Source: a virus (taxonomy: Duplodnaviria > Caudoviricetes). Taken from it: DNA of 64,000 nt. Under the pieces are notes generated by a model, which made no database searches, was not told the DNA's origin, and was given only the letters and a program-made list of their open reading frames with translations. Made by a program: the position numbers and the translations under genes. The DNA is taken from IMG/VR virus record IMGVR_UViG_3300024344_003081, one strand, 5' to 3'. Each line of letters opens with the position of its first letter. The first letter of the stretch is position 1. Positions 49,606-59,847 of the stretch are shown here, in pieces.

Positions 49606-51613
49606 TTCAGATTTTTTAAATGTTAATGATGCAAAAGATTTTATGGGAGCTGAAGGTTTTGTTTGGTTTTATGGTGTTGTAGAAGATAGAAAAGATCCTC
49701 TTTTTCTTGGAAGAGTTAAAGTAAGATGTATTGGATTTCATACAGATGATAAAACATTAATACCAACAGAGGATCTTCCTTGGGCCGATGTTATTCAACC
49801 AATAACATCAGCCGCAATATCTGGAATCGGAACTACTCCTACTGGATTAGTAGAAGGTACTCATGTGCTTGGATTTTTTAGAGATGGACAAGAAGCACAA
49901 GAGCCAGTAATTTTAGGAACATCTGGAGGAGTACCTGAAAATATTTCAAACCCTGATAGAGGATTTCATGATTCTAGAACAATTGAAGAAAGAAAAAATG
50001 CTCCTTATCCTCCATTATATATCGATAGATTTAATTCGGGCATTCCTGCAAAAGTTGTAGAACATTCTCAAGTAGAAGAACAATCTACTTATGAATTTGT
50101 TGGAGAAACTCCAATGAAGGATGGTAAATTATGGTATGGAAAAAATGAAGACGAATCTAAAATTCAAGCAAACATTTATAAACGTAAAGATTCAGATAAA
50201 CCAGAAGATAAACCTAAAAAAGCAAATACTTCACCGATGTTGACGGCTCAACTTTATTCTAGAAATCCAGATGAAAATAGAATGATATATGATAAAGATG
50301 GTATACCAATTATGTCTTTACCGTCAACAAATTTACTTGGTTTAAATAGAATAAAATTTATAAGAAAATATGAATCTAATGTAACTCCTCATCCTGCTTC
50401 TTCGGTTCATCCACATGCTCAAATTGTTTTGAATGCTCATAGAATTGCAGGAAGTTTAATGTCAACTCAGAATAATTTGCATAGGGGAGTTGAAAAAGCT
50501 ATGGGAGAACCTTGGGGAGTACCACCAGATGGTTTTAATCCTGAATATCCTTATAATCATGTCACATATACTGAAAGCGGACATTTATTTGAATTAGATG
50601 ATTCTCCTGGTGCTGAAAGAATTAGATTGTTACATAGAACTCAAAGTTTTCTTGAATTTTTACCAGACGGTTCTAGAGTTGATAATGTTGTTGGAAAGTC
50701 TTATTTTCTTGCAGATGCGGATGTACATTCTCACATTTATGGTGATGATGTAAAACATGTTAAAGGAGCGATGAATCATATTTATAATTCTAGGGGAGCA
50801 GGAACTAATAAAATGCTTTTTGCTGGTGATGGTGATGTAAATTTAGAAGTTACTAAAGGAGATTATAATATTGATTTAAAAGATGGTGAGATGACAATTA
50901 AAGCAAGAAATCTTAAAATCATAGGAACAGCAATTGATCCAGGAGCATCAAAATTTCAATTACAACAAATGTCACCAGAATTGGGTGATTCGCAGTTAGC
51001 ATTTAAGACAGAAGCAGAAAGTTGGGCTACTGATACTGGAGATTTTTCGTTAAATTGTTCAAATGAAAATTTATCTGTTACAGGAAATGCTAAAACAAAT
51101 GTAGGTGCAGATAATGAAATAACAGTAGAAGGAAGTTCAAGGGAAGTAGTAAAGGGTATATTTGGAATGGGTATGAAAAAAGTATGTGTAGCAAAACCAA
51201 TTACTCTTGAAGCAACAAATCCATCAGCGGGTATTAAATTACATAGTGGTCCTGGAGGAGTACCAACATCTTTAGAATTAGATGCGGGTGGAATGGCTCT
51301 CAGTACTAAATTAGGCAATGTTACTGCAGATGCAACTATAGGAAAAATTGAATTAACAGCAGGAACAAGTTTTTCTCTTGAAACGGGTACAGAAATAGAC
51401 CTTAAAAATAAAAAAGGTAATATTAAAATAGATACTACAGGACTTATTTCTATGAAAGGAATGGGTTCTGATATTCATACTTTATTAAAAAAATTATCAA
51501 TGGCATTACAAAATATGACTCATCCAACTCCTGCTGGTCCAAGTGGTCCAGCAACGAATATGAGTGAAATTATACAATTTGATTTAGAAATAGATAAGGT
51601 GTTTCAAGCATGA
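49598..51613 (+). CDS. gp5: Baseplate hub spike protein (no lysozyme domain recognised)
   Basis: FVWFYGVVEDRKDP..LGRVKVRC.G.H; YPYNHV..TESGH.FE.DD.PG.ERI; GTG start with GGAGGA RBS. Confidence 0.92.
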   Translation: MNSSDFLNVNDAKDFMGAEGFVWFYGVVEDRKDPLFLGRVKVRCIGFHTDDKTLIPTEDLPWADVIQPITSAAISGIGTTPTGLVEGTHVLGFFRDGQEAQEPVILGTSGGVPENISNPDRGFHDSRTIEERKNAPYPPLYIDRFNSGIPAKVVEHSQVEEQSTYEFVGETPMKDGKLWYGKNEDESKIQANIYKRKDSDKPEDKPKKANTSPMLTAQLYSRNPDENRMIYDKDGIPIMSLPSTNLLGLNRIKFIRKYESNVTPHPASSVHPHAQIVLNAHRIAGSLMSTQNNLHRGVEKAMGEPWGVPPDGFNPEYPYNHVTYTESGHLFELDDSPGAERIRLLHRTQSFLEFLPDGSRVDNVVGKSYFLADADVHSHIYGDDVKHVKGAMNHIYNSRGAGTNKMLFAGDGDVNLEVTKGDYNIDLKDGEMTIKARNLKIIGTAIDPGASKFQLQQMSPELGDSQLAFKTEAESWATDTGDFSLNCSNENLSVTGNAKTNVGADNEITVEGSSREVVKGIFGMGMKKVCVAKPITLEATNPSAGIKLHSGPGGVPTSLELDAGGMALSTKLGNVTADATIGKIELTAGTSFSLETGTEIDLKNKKGNIKIDTTGLISMKGMGSDIHTLLKKLSMALQNMTHPTPAGPSGPATNMSEIIQFDLEIDKVFQA

Positions 51614-51780
51614 GTAAAAAAGAAGAAGAAATTATTTTAGAACAAAAACCAATAGTTAATGGTAATATGACAGAAGTTTTAGAAAAGGTTTTAAATTTCA
51701 ATAATGATTATTTAAAATTTTTAAAAAGTGAATTGGAAACTGCTAAAAAAATACAATTAGAAGAAAGAAATAATGGCTGA
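51610..51780 (+). CDS. Small hypothetical protein (56 aa, absent from ORF track)
   Basis: MSKKEEEIILEQKP...EERNNG; ATGA overlap with gp5 stop, overlaps next start. Confidence 0.55.
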   Translation: MSKKEEEIILEQKPIVNGNMTEVLEKVLNFNNDYLKFLKSELETAKKIQLEERNNG

Positions 51781-54700
51781 AGAAGAAGTATCAAAAGATG
51801 ATGTTATTTTAAAGCAGATGGAGGGTGTTGCTTTTGGTGGCTCTACTGCAGATGCTTTAAATCTTTTTTTATCAGGATTACAAACATTCGGTAATAATTT
51901 TGCTGTAATTTGTGATACATTAATTCAATTTTTTCAAGCAACCAAATTATTTTTAGAATCTTTTGCAAATCCTCTTACTGCATCTTTAATAGCAACTATT
52001 GATTCTTTAATAGAAGCACTTGAAGAATTAAATGCTTTAGGATTTGGTAGTGTTACTGTTTGGCCTTGGGCACATGGAACATATCCCCAACAATTGAATA
52101 CTGAAAAATTAGATGAAGCAATGCTTGGTCTTGTTGCCGCTATGCAAGGAGTTGATATTGGAGATATTCGTTTTAGTGAACGTGGATTTTTTGTACAGAC
52201 AAAAAATGGAGAAACTTTACTTACTCCTGGTCAGGAAATTGCGGCTGGTGGTACTAGAGAATCTTTTCAAACAAAAGACACGATATATGATACTCTGACA
52301 GGAATTCGTAATTTTTTTCATCCAGAATTGTGGACTGGTACAACAACTCCTTTTTGGCTTGATTCTCCAAGTGATGCCGCAAAACGAAGAGCCGCATTCA
52401 CGCAGAGGGGAGGTAGTGGTCCTCACCAAGATACAGATCCAGCTTCCCTTGAACAGCATTGGTCTGGTCAAGCCGCAGATTGGTCAAAAGATAAACTTCT
52501 TTCAGCTATTCAGACGACACAAAAAAATCTACTTGTTAGAGAATTGACTCCTAATCAAGCTGTGAAAAAAATTATACAATCATTATCTGGAAACACTCCT
52601 GATGATAATAGACCAACTGGAGGTGGTCCTTATAAAGCATATGTTTTAATGTTTGCTCTTCCAACAATAAATGATGTAGTTCAGGTTGTGCAACAATTTG
52701 CTGATTATTTTGGTTCTGTTATAGGTGATCCACTGGTTAAAAAATTAGCGGCTCCTGGATCTGGTACTTTTGATGAAAGAATAAAAACAATTCAATTAGG
52801 AGAGCCCTTACATAAACCAGGAGTCTGGGACAGACCAGATGAACAGTCAGAATTTTATTATAATGAAGCAGATTTTAAAGTAAGAAAAGTTGCAGATAAG
52901 ACATATAAATTAGGCGGCGAAATACCCATGTTTAGACCAGGTGATAGAATAGTTCAAACAGGTGGTATATTAGGAAATCATACTGCTTCTGCAGAAGTTG
53001 TTCAACATCTTCCAATAATCGTTAAGAATGGTATGATTATACAAAATAGAGTTAGAGTAAAAAGTGTTAGAGGTGAATTTATAGGAACAAGTCATAAACC
53101 CCTTAATACGGCATCAACGCCACTTGTTAAATCTATTTTAACAGGTCCTCCTAATCCTAATAACGATCCTATTTTTAGATCAGATACATTAGAAAAACCA
53201 ATTGAAAGAATAGATGGTACATTTTTTGGAACAATTAAAGAAGGGGAAACTGTAATAACTGAAATTATACCTAATGATACAATTGGTCAACTTATTAGAA
53301 CCACATGTCAAAATCTTTCTGTCTCTCAGGGGTCAGGCGGAGCTTTTAAAGCAGGAATGAAAAGTTTATTAGAGGGGGGAGGAAGTAAAAGAATTATTGA
53401 CTCTTATATGACTTTTTTGAAAAGCATTAAAAAGGGAATGGTGATTAAGCATCAATTTTTACAACCAATGGATATGTCTAATAAGGCTTTTGATTTTTAT
53501 CATGGTTCAGCATGGACGGATACTGAGTTTAAATTTAATTACGGTCAATTATTAGATGTAATACCTTCATTAGATGTACAGTATCATATTGCTAATATTA
53601 AAATTGGTGGTATGGCTATAGAAAGCACAAATAATTTAACAGAGGAGTCACTTTTTGCTTATGTAGATGGAGATAATAAACCTATTATGGCGGATCTTAC
53701 TTTTGAAATAGGATTTTTAAATTATGATGGATCATATGATACAGATTTTTTAAATATTGATATTGGTGGAATAATAACTGTACCAAATACGGGGTATGGG
53801 GGAGTACATTCTTGGCAAACAACAATACCAACAACTAATGACAGATTCGGTCCTCCCAATCAACCTTTTGAAACAATATCAGGAAATAAAAATATTTCTC
53901 CTAATTGGAACTATATAAGAATTTCAGATTTATTTCCAGCATATGGACAAGTTGTAAAAGATGCAATTGGATCAGTAAAGAAATTTAAGAAACAAGTTGA
54001 AGAAATAGCTAAAGCAATAGATGAATATATAAGATTTTTGGAAAGACAAATAAAAGCAATACAAAGATTAAATGATCAAGTTCAACAATTGATTGCATTT
54101 TTTACTAAGGGATTAAATATGGCTGGTATTTATACAGCACAATTTGGTGGAGATGGAATTGGTGATTTTAAAAAGAAATTAAAAAACATGAAAATGTTGC
54201 AAACTAATAAAAATAATTTAAATGAAATAACTTTGGAGACAGTTGAAACTGATACTGAGATAGAAGATCCCTTTACTGGATTAAAGAAAACTGTTAAAAG
54301 AAAAATTTTAAAACCAGTTACAAAAAAAGCAACAGGGGAAGAACCTGACGGTATTCCAAAACCATTAAGTGAACTTGATAATTTAAAATATTCTGGAGCT
54401 ATTGTATTTTTGGGTCAGGGACCTGATTTAGAAAAATTTGATACGTTTATGAATAATTTTAACGGATTAGCAACTCTTGGAAAAGGATTTCTTTCAAATT
54501 TATTTTCCAAAGAAAGTATTATTGCTCAACGAATAATTCCATATGTTCATGATATACAAGGAGAGAATGTAAATGGAGATTTTGAAAGTATAGAGGGATT
54601 GGGATCAATTGATGAAGAAGCAACAATACGAATCGTTTTTACAAATGATGCTAATTTATTGGACAATACTGAGAGAGAACTTGTTAATGGACAAGTTGAA

Positions 54701-55123
54701 AGAAGTGTAGATTTTTCTCCAAGGATTCAAATGAATAGTGTTTCACTTACAAATTCTGAAGATAATTCTATTTCTACAAAAAATGATTCAATTATATTAT
54801 TTCAAGGAACATATAACGAAGAAGAGTCGGTAGGTAATAAATTTTCTCAAGATGCTTCTTTTCATCAATTTGTAACACGGCCCAAAACACGTATTGTAGG
54901 AAAGGGCAATGCTGATAAAGATGGAAAGTTTGAAAAACAATATTTTAATGTGGATCTTAAACCTAAAAACCCATTAAAAAGATGCACCGACAAGAATAAA
55001 TATAAAATTTTAATTCAATCAAGTATAGTGAATCAAGAAGGTCAATCATTAAAAGAAAGATATAAACTTAATATTGGATTTTCTATAAATCCTGTAACAG
55101 TAGATTTTGGAGGATTTGTTTAA
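51773..55123 (+). CDS. Large virion structural protein, helical segments plus C-terminal Ig-like domain
   Basis: Position in baseplate operon; C-terminal IVF...P...L...Y.I.I...I....G..L pattern. Confidence 0.6.
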   Translation: MAEEEVSKDDVILKQMEGVAFGGSTADALNLFLSGLQTFGNNFAVICDTLIQFFQATKLFLESFANPLTASLIATIDSLIEALEELNALGFGSVTVWPWAHGTYPQQLNTEKLDEAMLGLVAAMQGVDIGDIRFSERGFFVQTKNGETLLTPGQEIAAGGTRESFQTKDTIYDTLTGIRNFFHPELWTGTTTPFWLDSPSDAAKRRAAFTQRGGSGPHQDTDPASLEQHWSGQAADWSKDKLLSAIQTTQKNLLVRELTPNQAVKKIIQSLSGNTPDDNRPTGGGPYKAYVLMFALPTINDVVQVVQQFADYFGSVIGDPLVKKLAAPGSGTFDERIKTIQLGEPLHKPGVWDRPDEQSEFYYNEADFKVRKVADKTYKLGGEIPMFRPGDRIVQTGGILGNHTASAEVVQHLPIIVKNGMIIQNRVRVKSVRGEFIGTSHKPLNTASTPLVKSILTGPPNPNNDPIFRSDTLEKPIERIDGTFFGTIKEGETVITEIIPNDTIGQLIRTTCQNLSVSQGSGGAFKAGMKSLLEGGGSKRIIDSYMTFLKSIKKGMVIKHQFLQPMDMSNKAFDFYHGSAWTDTEFKFNYGQLLDVIPSLDVQYHIANIKIGGMAIESTNNLTEESLFAYVDGDNKPIMADLTFEIGFLNYDGSYDTDFLNIDIGGIITVPNTGYGGVHSWQTTIPTTNDRFGPPNQPFETISGNKNISPNWNYIRISDLFPAYGQVVKDAIGSVKKFKKQVEEIAKAIDEYIRFLERQIKAIQRLNDQVQQLIAFFTKGLNMAGIYTAQFGGDGIGDFKKKLKNMKMLQTNKNNLNEITLETVETDTEIEDPFTGLKKTVKRKILKPVTKKATGEEPDGIPKPLSELDNLKYSGAIVFLGQGPDLEKFDTFMNNFNGLATLGKGFLSNLFSKESIIAQRIIPYVHDIQGENVNGDFESIEGLGSIDEEATIRIVFTNDANLLDNTERELVNGQVERSVDFSPRIQMNSVSLTNSEDNSISTKNDSIILFQGTYNEEESVGNKFSQDASFHQFVTRPKTRIVGKGNADKDGKFEKQYFNVDLKPKNPLKRCTDKNKYKILIQSSIVNQEGQSLKERYKLNIGFSINPVTVDFGGFV

Positions 55124-58100
55124 TGGCAAACAATTCAATTTCTAGAACAGGAACATTTACATCTAGCGGAAGTGCTGGGGGTTCGGGAACATATCATTAT
55201 AATCATGGTGAATATTGGAGTAGTTCTGGATCATCTGGTTATTCTGGCACAGATTATTATTCTAATGATGATTTAAATAACGGTTCTATTTTTGTTAATA
55301 TTGATAGTCAAATATCTATAACATTTACACAAGAAGTTGATAATAGTTCTATAACTACTTTCAACAAAGATAAGTTATTGCCTCTAGATTCTCAAAACAA
55401 AAAAGGAACTGTTGGATTGACACATATTGTTTCTACGACTCAGGGAGCAACAGATGATGGAAATAATTTAAAAGCCTTAAAATTAACTTCTCTACCTATA
55501 GATTTAACAACTAATGATCATGAAGCTGTTGCTGATCAAGAATTTGTAGAAATGGCTTCTTCTCCTTCTACAGTAGATAATCAAACTTATATTTTTACAC
55601 CAAAAGCAAATCTTTCTTCAAATACAACTTATTTTTTAAGAATGGATCCTACAAATGTATTAGATGCTACTGGTTCAGAAATTAGTTATTTTACTGAAAA
55701 AGGATTTGTTACTGATAATACGCAAAGTTTTGTGACTACAGGAGATTATTATGATGGATTTAAAATGCAAATTGAAAAGGTTAATTTATATTTAGAAGAA
55801 ACAGAACCTAATGCTGATGGTGTAACTGATCCTCAACCAGATTCTTTGACTTTATATCGAGATGATGGAAAAAGCGGAACAGTTTCTTTAGCAACTACTT
55901 TAAATATTCAATCTATAGAAGGAACAGTATTAAAATATCAATTAGATCCTACTTCATATAAAATGAATGTTGCTTATACTGCTACTAATCCTATAGTAAT
56001 TACAAGTATAAATCATGGATTAGCAGATGATGACAAAATAGAAGTTTATGATGTAGTAAGTGGGGTTTCAATTAAAGAAGGTGCATATACATTAACAGAA
56101 ATTACTTCAGATACATTTTCTATTCCTGTTGATGGTACAGGAAGTACTGCTGGTAGATTAAATTATTATAGAAATGCAAATAAAAATGATTTATTTAAAT
56201 GGAGCGAAAGCAAGGATGAAGGACCAACAACAACAAATTATGTTGTAAGAAAAAAAGCATTGTCTGTTCCGAAAAAAAATGGAAAATCTATTGATGAGTT
56301 GTTAGATGTTAAGTTTAAAACTAAAGCAACAAGTGAGGGTTCAATAGGCGAACCAGCAACAGGTAGAGAAGGAAAAATAATAAAAATTGATGATGAGACT
56401 ATATCATTTGTTGCTATATCCGATACTGCTTCAGGTGGAAAAATTATATCTTCTACTTTTGTAAATAATTCTATAGTAGATATTTCAACTTCTAATAATG
56501 ATATTAGATTCCATATAAAAGCAAATACTTCTCCCGATCATAATGTACATCCTTTTCATTCTTCTGCGCCAAAAGTGATTTCTACCTTTCCTGAAGATGG
56601 TACATCTTTCCCGAGAAAATTGACAATTACTCAAATTTCAAGAAGTGGACATGAAGCCATTGTATCTACAAATCATCCTCATAATTTGTTTAAAGATGAT
56701 TATATACAAATTGTTGATTCTACTCAACTCATTTATAATAAAACAACAAAAGTATTGTCTGTTCCAACACCAAACACTTTTCGTTATGATATGGGTTCAC
56801 ATAGTAATTTTACAAATGTACAAAGTCCTGCTCCTGGAAAACCGAAACTTGAGATTAGTAATGATGATGGTACTACTTATGCAGAAAGATATAATGCTAT
56901 ATTCGTAAATTTTAATCAATCTATGAACACAAGTACTGTTACTGTTGCAAATAATACTCATTTAATTTCTGCAAATGGAACAAGTGCAACATTTTCTGGT
57001 GGGCAAGATTCTGCTTCAAGCACAATACATTTATCAGATGATGGATTTGAAACAATTGAAAATTGTGTTTCAGTAATAGCAAGTTCAGGTAATTCTGTTT
57101 TTGCAATTGTCCCTGAAGCTCTTCAAGCAAGACATGATTATAATATAAAAGTTAAAACAGATATTCAGGATTTGGGTCAAACAAATAGTCTTTATCAATT
57201 TACAACAACTGAAGGAATTACTACTGGACAGAAATTTATAGATCCACAGACTGGTCAAGAAACAATATATTCAAAAGACGAAGATCCTCCGAAAATTAAA
57301 AGAATAACTTTTCCAACAGCCGATGATGATCTTATTGTAGAAAGTGCTAATATAGCTGAAATAACTGCCCATTCAGATTTTTATCATACAGCAATGCCCC
57401 TCAGTACGTTAATGACTTATGGTGTTAAGATTCAATTTTCTGAAAGTATGAAAATAAATTCAGTAACTACTGCAACATCTAATACAGATCCTACAGGCAC
57501 AGTATTGCTGTCTGCCGATGATTTTAGTACAGTTGTTCAAATGGCTACAGATCCAGTTGTAACAACAACTGATGAAGAGAATGATACTTTTACTGTTAAA
57601 CCTATAGCAAATGTATCTGCAAATGCTGTTTATACTTTAAAAGTTTTAAAAGATGTTACTGATGATTCACCAGAAGAAAATCGAATGGAACAAGATAATG
57701 TGATGTCAATAAAAGTTCTTACAGTAAATTCGATTCCTGGAAGTGCTGTGAATTATTATTCTGCAGGAGAAATTATATCAGGAGTTAGAACATTAACGAT
57801 TAAAGCAAATACAGGAACACCAACTATAGGAGTAACTGCTGGATCTACGTTTTTAGGTTTAACATCAAAAGGTAAAGGGAAAGTTTTAGATTTTACTGAA
57901 GATTCGGGAGCAATAACATCTATTAGATATACGGAATTATCTGGTCAAGATGGATCTATTAGACCTTTACGTCCTGGTGAAATTTGTAAAGTAAGTGATA
58001 CTGTTAATTTTACAATTGATAATGTTGCAATAACTGATCCTCCAGAAGGAAATGTTATCTCTTTTACTACAGGAACAAGAAAATTAATTTATAGAGATAG

Positions 58101-59064
58101 GAGTGCAGATAATGAATTTGTATCTGCAAATTCAAGTGCAGAGAGAATTTTTGGTAGAGCATCAAATGGAGAAGTTTTTGCAAGTAGTTCTGGTAGTGAA
58201 GGTATAGTGGGACCAGGAATTAAAACTGCTACAACTGGACTTGTAGCAAATGTGTTTTTTAGTGATGGTTCAAGTTTAGTGTCTCCTATAGATGGAAATC
58301 TAACTGGTATTGATGAAAGATCAAATCTTACTGTTAAGTTTACTCAAACAATGAATGTTGAAAGTATTAATTTTAATGCAGTTGATTCAATAGTAAGAGA
58401 TCCTTATAATATATTGCTTTCTTATGATAGTAATTTTGGTAATACAATACCACTGAGTACGAATTTTACAAGTTCAAATAATGATACTGTATTTGAATTC
58501 CAACCAGCAATATTGTCAAATACAAGTTTACAATTAACACAAGATAAGAATCTTTATGCTAAGGTAACACAGACAGCAAAAAATCTGGGTGATATGAATT
58601 TGGCAAGTGTTTTTGCTCCTTCAAATTATGCTAATACTGTTACAAATGTTGATTTTAAAGCAATAGATGCTTCTGTTTTTACTACAGATGGAGAAGAAAT
58701 AAAATTAGGAACAGGAACTTCTATTTCTATGCCTAATCAATCTTCAATAATAGCAAGATCAACTCTTGTTATTATTCATTTTAACGAGGTTCCTGATCTG
58801 GCAGATTTTGACATGGCTGGGTCGGGATATGAAATAGAATTATCAACTGTCAGTAATTTTGCTTCAGGTTTTTATTCAGGTACAGCAACTTTAACAAAAC
58901 AAGGCAAATATGGAACAGAAATACATATTAGACTTTCTGTAGGATTAACGGCATCAACTCAGCATTATTTAAGAGTTGTGGGTAGTGTAGGCGGAAGTAG
59001 TGAAGGCGGAAAAGCAATTGATACAACTACCCAATATTTCAATTCATTTACAACTTCATCATAA
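55123..59064 (+). CDS. Large virion protein with about five SbsA/Big_5-type Ig-like repeats and two FCCH-like beta modules
   Basis: Repeats I.F.(Q/E).(M/V)...S..T and P..L.....Y.L.V; TNP.VITS..HGL..DD.I module. Confidence 0.75.
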   Translation: MANNSISRTGTFTSSGSAGGSGTYHYNHGEYWSSSGSSGYSGTDYYSNDDLNNGSIFVNIDSQISITFTQEVDNSSITTFNKDKLLPLDSQNKKGTVGLTHIVSTTQGATDDGNNLKALKLTSLPIDLTTNDHEAVADQEFVEMASSPSTVDNQTYIFTPKANLSSNTTYFLRMDPTNVLDATGSEISYFTEKGFVTDNTQSFVTTGDYYDGFKMQIEKVNLYLEETEPNADGVTDPQPDSLTLYRDDGKSGTVSLATTLNIQSIEGTVLKYQLDPTSYKMNVAYTATNPIVITSINHGLADDDKIEVYDVVSGVSIKEGAYTLTEITSDTFSIPVDGTGSTAGRLNYYRNANKNDLFKWSESKDEGPTTTNYVVRKKALSVPKKNGKSIDELLDVKFKTKATSEGSIGEPATGREGKIIKIDDETISFVAISDTASGGKIISSTFVNNSIVDISTSNNDIRFHIKANTSPDHNVHPFHSSAPKVISTFPEDGTSFPRKLTITQISRSGHEAIVSTNHPHNLFKDDYIQIVDSTQLIYNKTTKVLSVPTPNTFRYDMGSHSNFTNVQSPAPGKPKLEISNDDGTTYAERYNAIFVNFNQSMNTSTVTVANNTHLISANGTSATFSGGQDSASSTIHLSDDGFETIENCVSVIASSGNSVFAIVPEALQARHDYNIKVKTDIQDLGQTNSLYQFTTTEGITTGQKFIDPQTGQETIYSKDEDPPKIKRITFPTADDDLIVESANIAEITAHSDFYHTAMPLSTLMTYGVKIQFSESMKINSVTTATSNTDPTGTVLLSADDFSTVVQMATDPVVTTTDEENDTFTVKPIANVSANAVYTLKVLKDVTDDSPEENRMEQDNVMSIKVLTVNSIPGSAVNYYSAGEIISGVRTLTIKANTGTPTIGVTAGSTFLGLTSKGKGKVLDFTEDSGAITSIRYTELSGQDGSIRPLRPGEICKVSDTVNFTIDNVAITDPPEGNVISFTTGTRKLIYRDRSADNEFVSANSSAERIFGRASNGEVFASSSGSEGIVGPGIKTATTGLVANVFFSDGSSLVSPIDGNLTGIDERSNLTVKFTQTMNVESINFNAVDSIVRDPYNILLSYDSNFGNTIPLSTNFTSSNNDTVFEFQPAILSNTSLQLTQDKNLYAKVTQTAKNLGDMNLASVFAPSNYANTVTNVDFKAIDASVFTTDGEEIKLGTGTSISMPNQSSIIARSTLVIIHFNEVPDLADFDMAGSGYEIELSTVSNFASGFYSGTATLTKQGKYGTEIHIRLSVGLTASTQHYLRVVGSVGGSSEGGKAIDTTTQYFNSFTTSS

Positions 59065-59077
59065 AAAAGGAAATAAC

Positions 59078-59347
59078 ATGTTAGATGAAAACACTTTAAA
59101 ACAGGGCATAGAAGAAGCATTTAAACTTGGTGCGGCCGCTGGATCATATCCAGCAGTTGCGGCACTATTAGCTAAAGCAATACACACTTATGTAAATACT
59201 GCTGAGATTAAAATACCCATAACTACTGAAGTATTGGGTTCTACTGGTCCGTGTGCAGTTGGCGCTCCTGCTGTACTTGATGGGGTGCTTGGCATAGCTA
59301 AGGGAACGGGCATAGTTCAAGCAGGACCAGGATCAGCTTTAATATAG
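59078..59347 (+). CDS. Small Ala/Gly-rich hypothetical virion protein
   Basis: AAGGA RBS, ATG 59078; LAKAIH.YV..A pattern. Confidence 0.65.
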   Translation: MLDENTLKQGIEEAFKLGAAAGSYPAVAALLAKAIHTYVNTAEIKIPITTEVLGSTGPCAVGAPAVLDGVLGIAKGTGIVQAGPGSALI

Positions 59348-59358
59348 AGTAAATAGAA

Positions 59359-59365
59359 CTAAATA
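59359..59365 (+). promoter_or_regulatory. Candidate late promoter (CTAAATA)
   Basis: In the gap immediately upstream of gp25. Confidence 0.5.
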
Positions 59366-59370
59366 AACAT

Positions 59371-59847
59371 ATGGCTACAAACGCATTACAAGAAGAATAT
59401 TTAACATTTGATCAGGATCAGCTTAATTTAAAAGATGATGAAGCAATTCGTTATCTAACTTTATTGGGACCTAGAGATTTGAATATGCAATTTCGTCATA
59501 ATCCCAATACAGGGGATCTTGCCTTAAAAACAGGATCTAATGCAGTAAAAGAATCTATAAAAAATATAATTTTAACTAGAAAAATGGAAAGACCTTTTCA
59601 ACCTGGTTTTGGTTCAAATGTAATGGAATTATTATTTGAGTCAAATGATATAATTACTGAAAAATTAATTGAAGATGAGATTAGGTCTGCGGTTGAAAAT
59701 TTTGAAAATAGAGCAAATATATTAGATGTAATTGTTAATGATGATAGAGGAGGACATGGTTATCGAATTAAAATAGTTTTTTCTGTTGCTAATGAATCTG
59801 AACCGATAACATTTACAACATTTTTACGACAAACAAGAGGTACCTAA
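59371..59847 (+). CDS. gp25: Baseplate wedge subunit
   Basis: DL...F..NP.TGDL......AVK.SI.NI.LT...ERPF.P.FGS...LLFE. Confidence 0.93.
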   Translation: MATNALQEEYLTFDQDQLNLKDDEAIRYLTLLGPRDLNMQFRHNPNTGDLALKTGSNAVKESIKNIILTRKMERPFQPGFGSNVMELLFESNDIITEKLIEDEIRSAVENFENRANILDVIVNDDRGGHGYRIKIVFSVANESEPITFTTFLRQTRGT

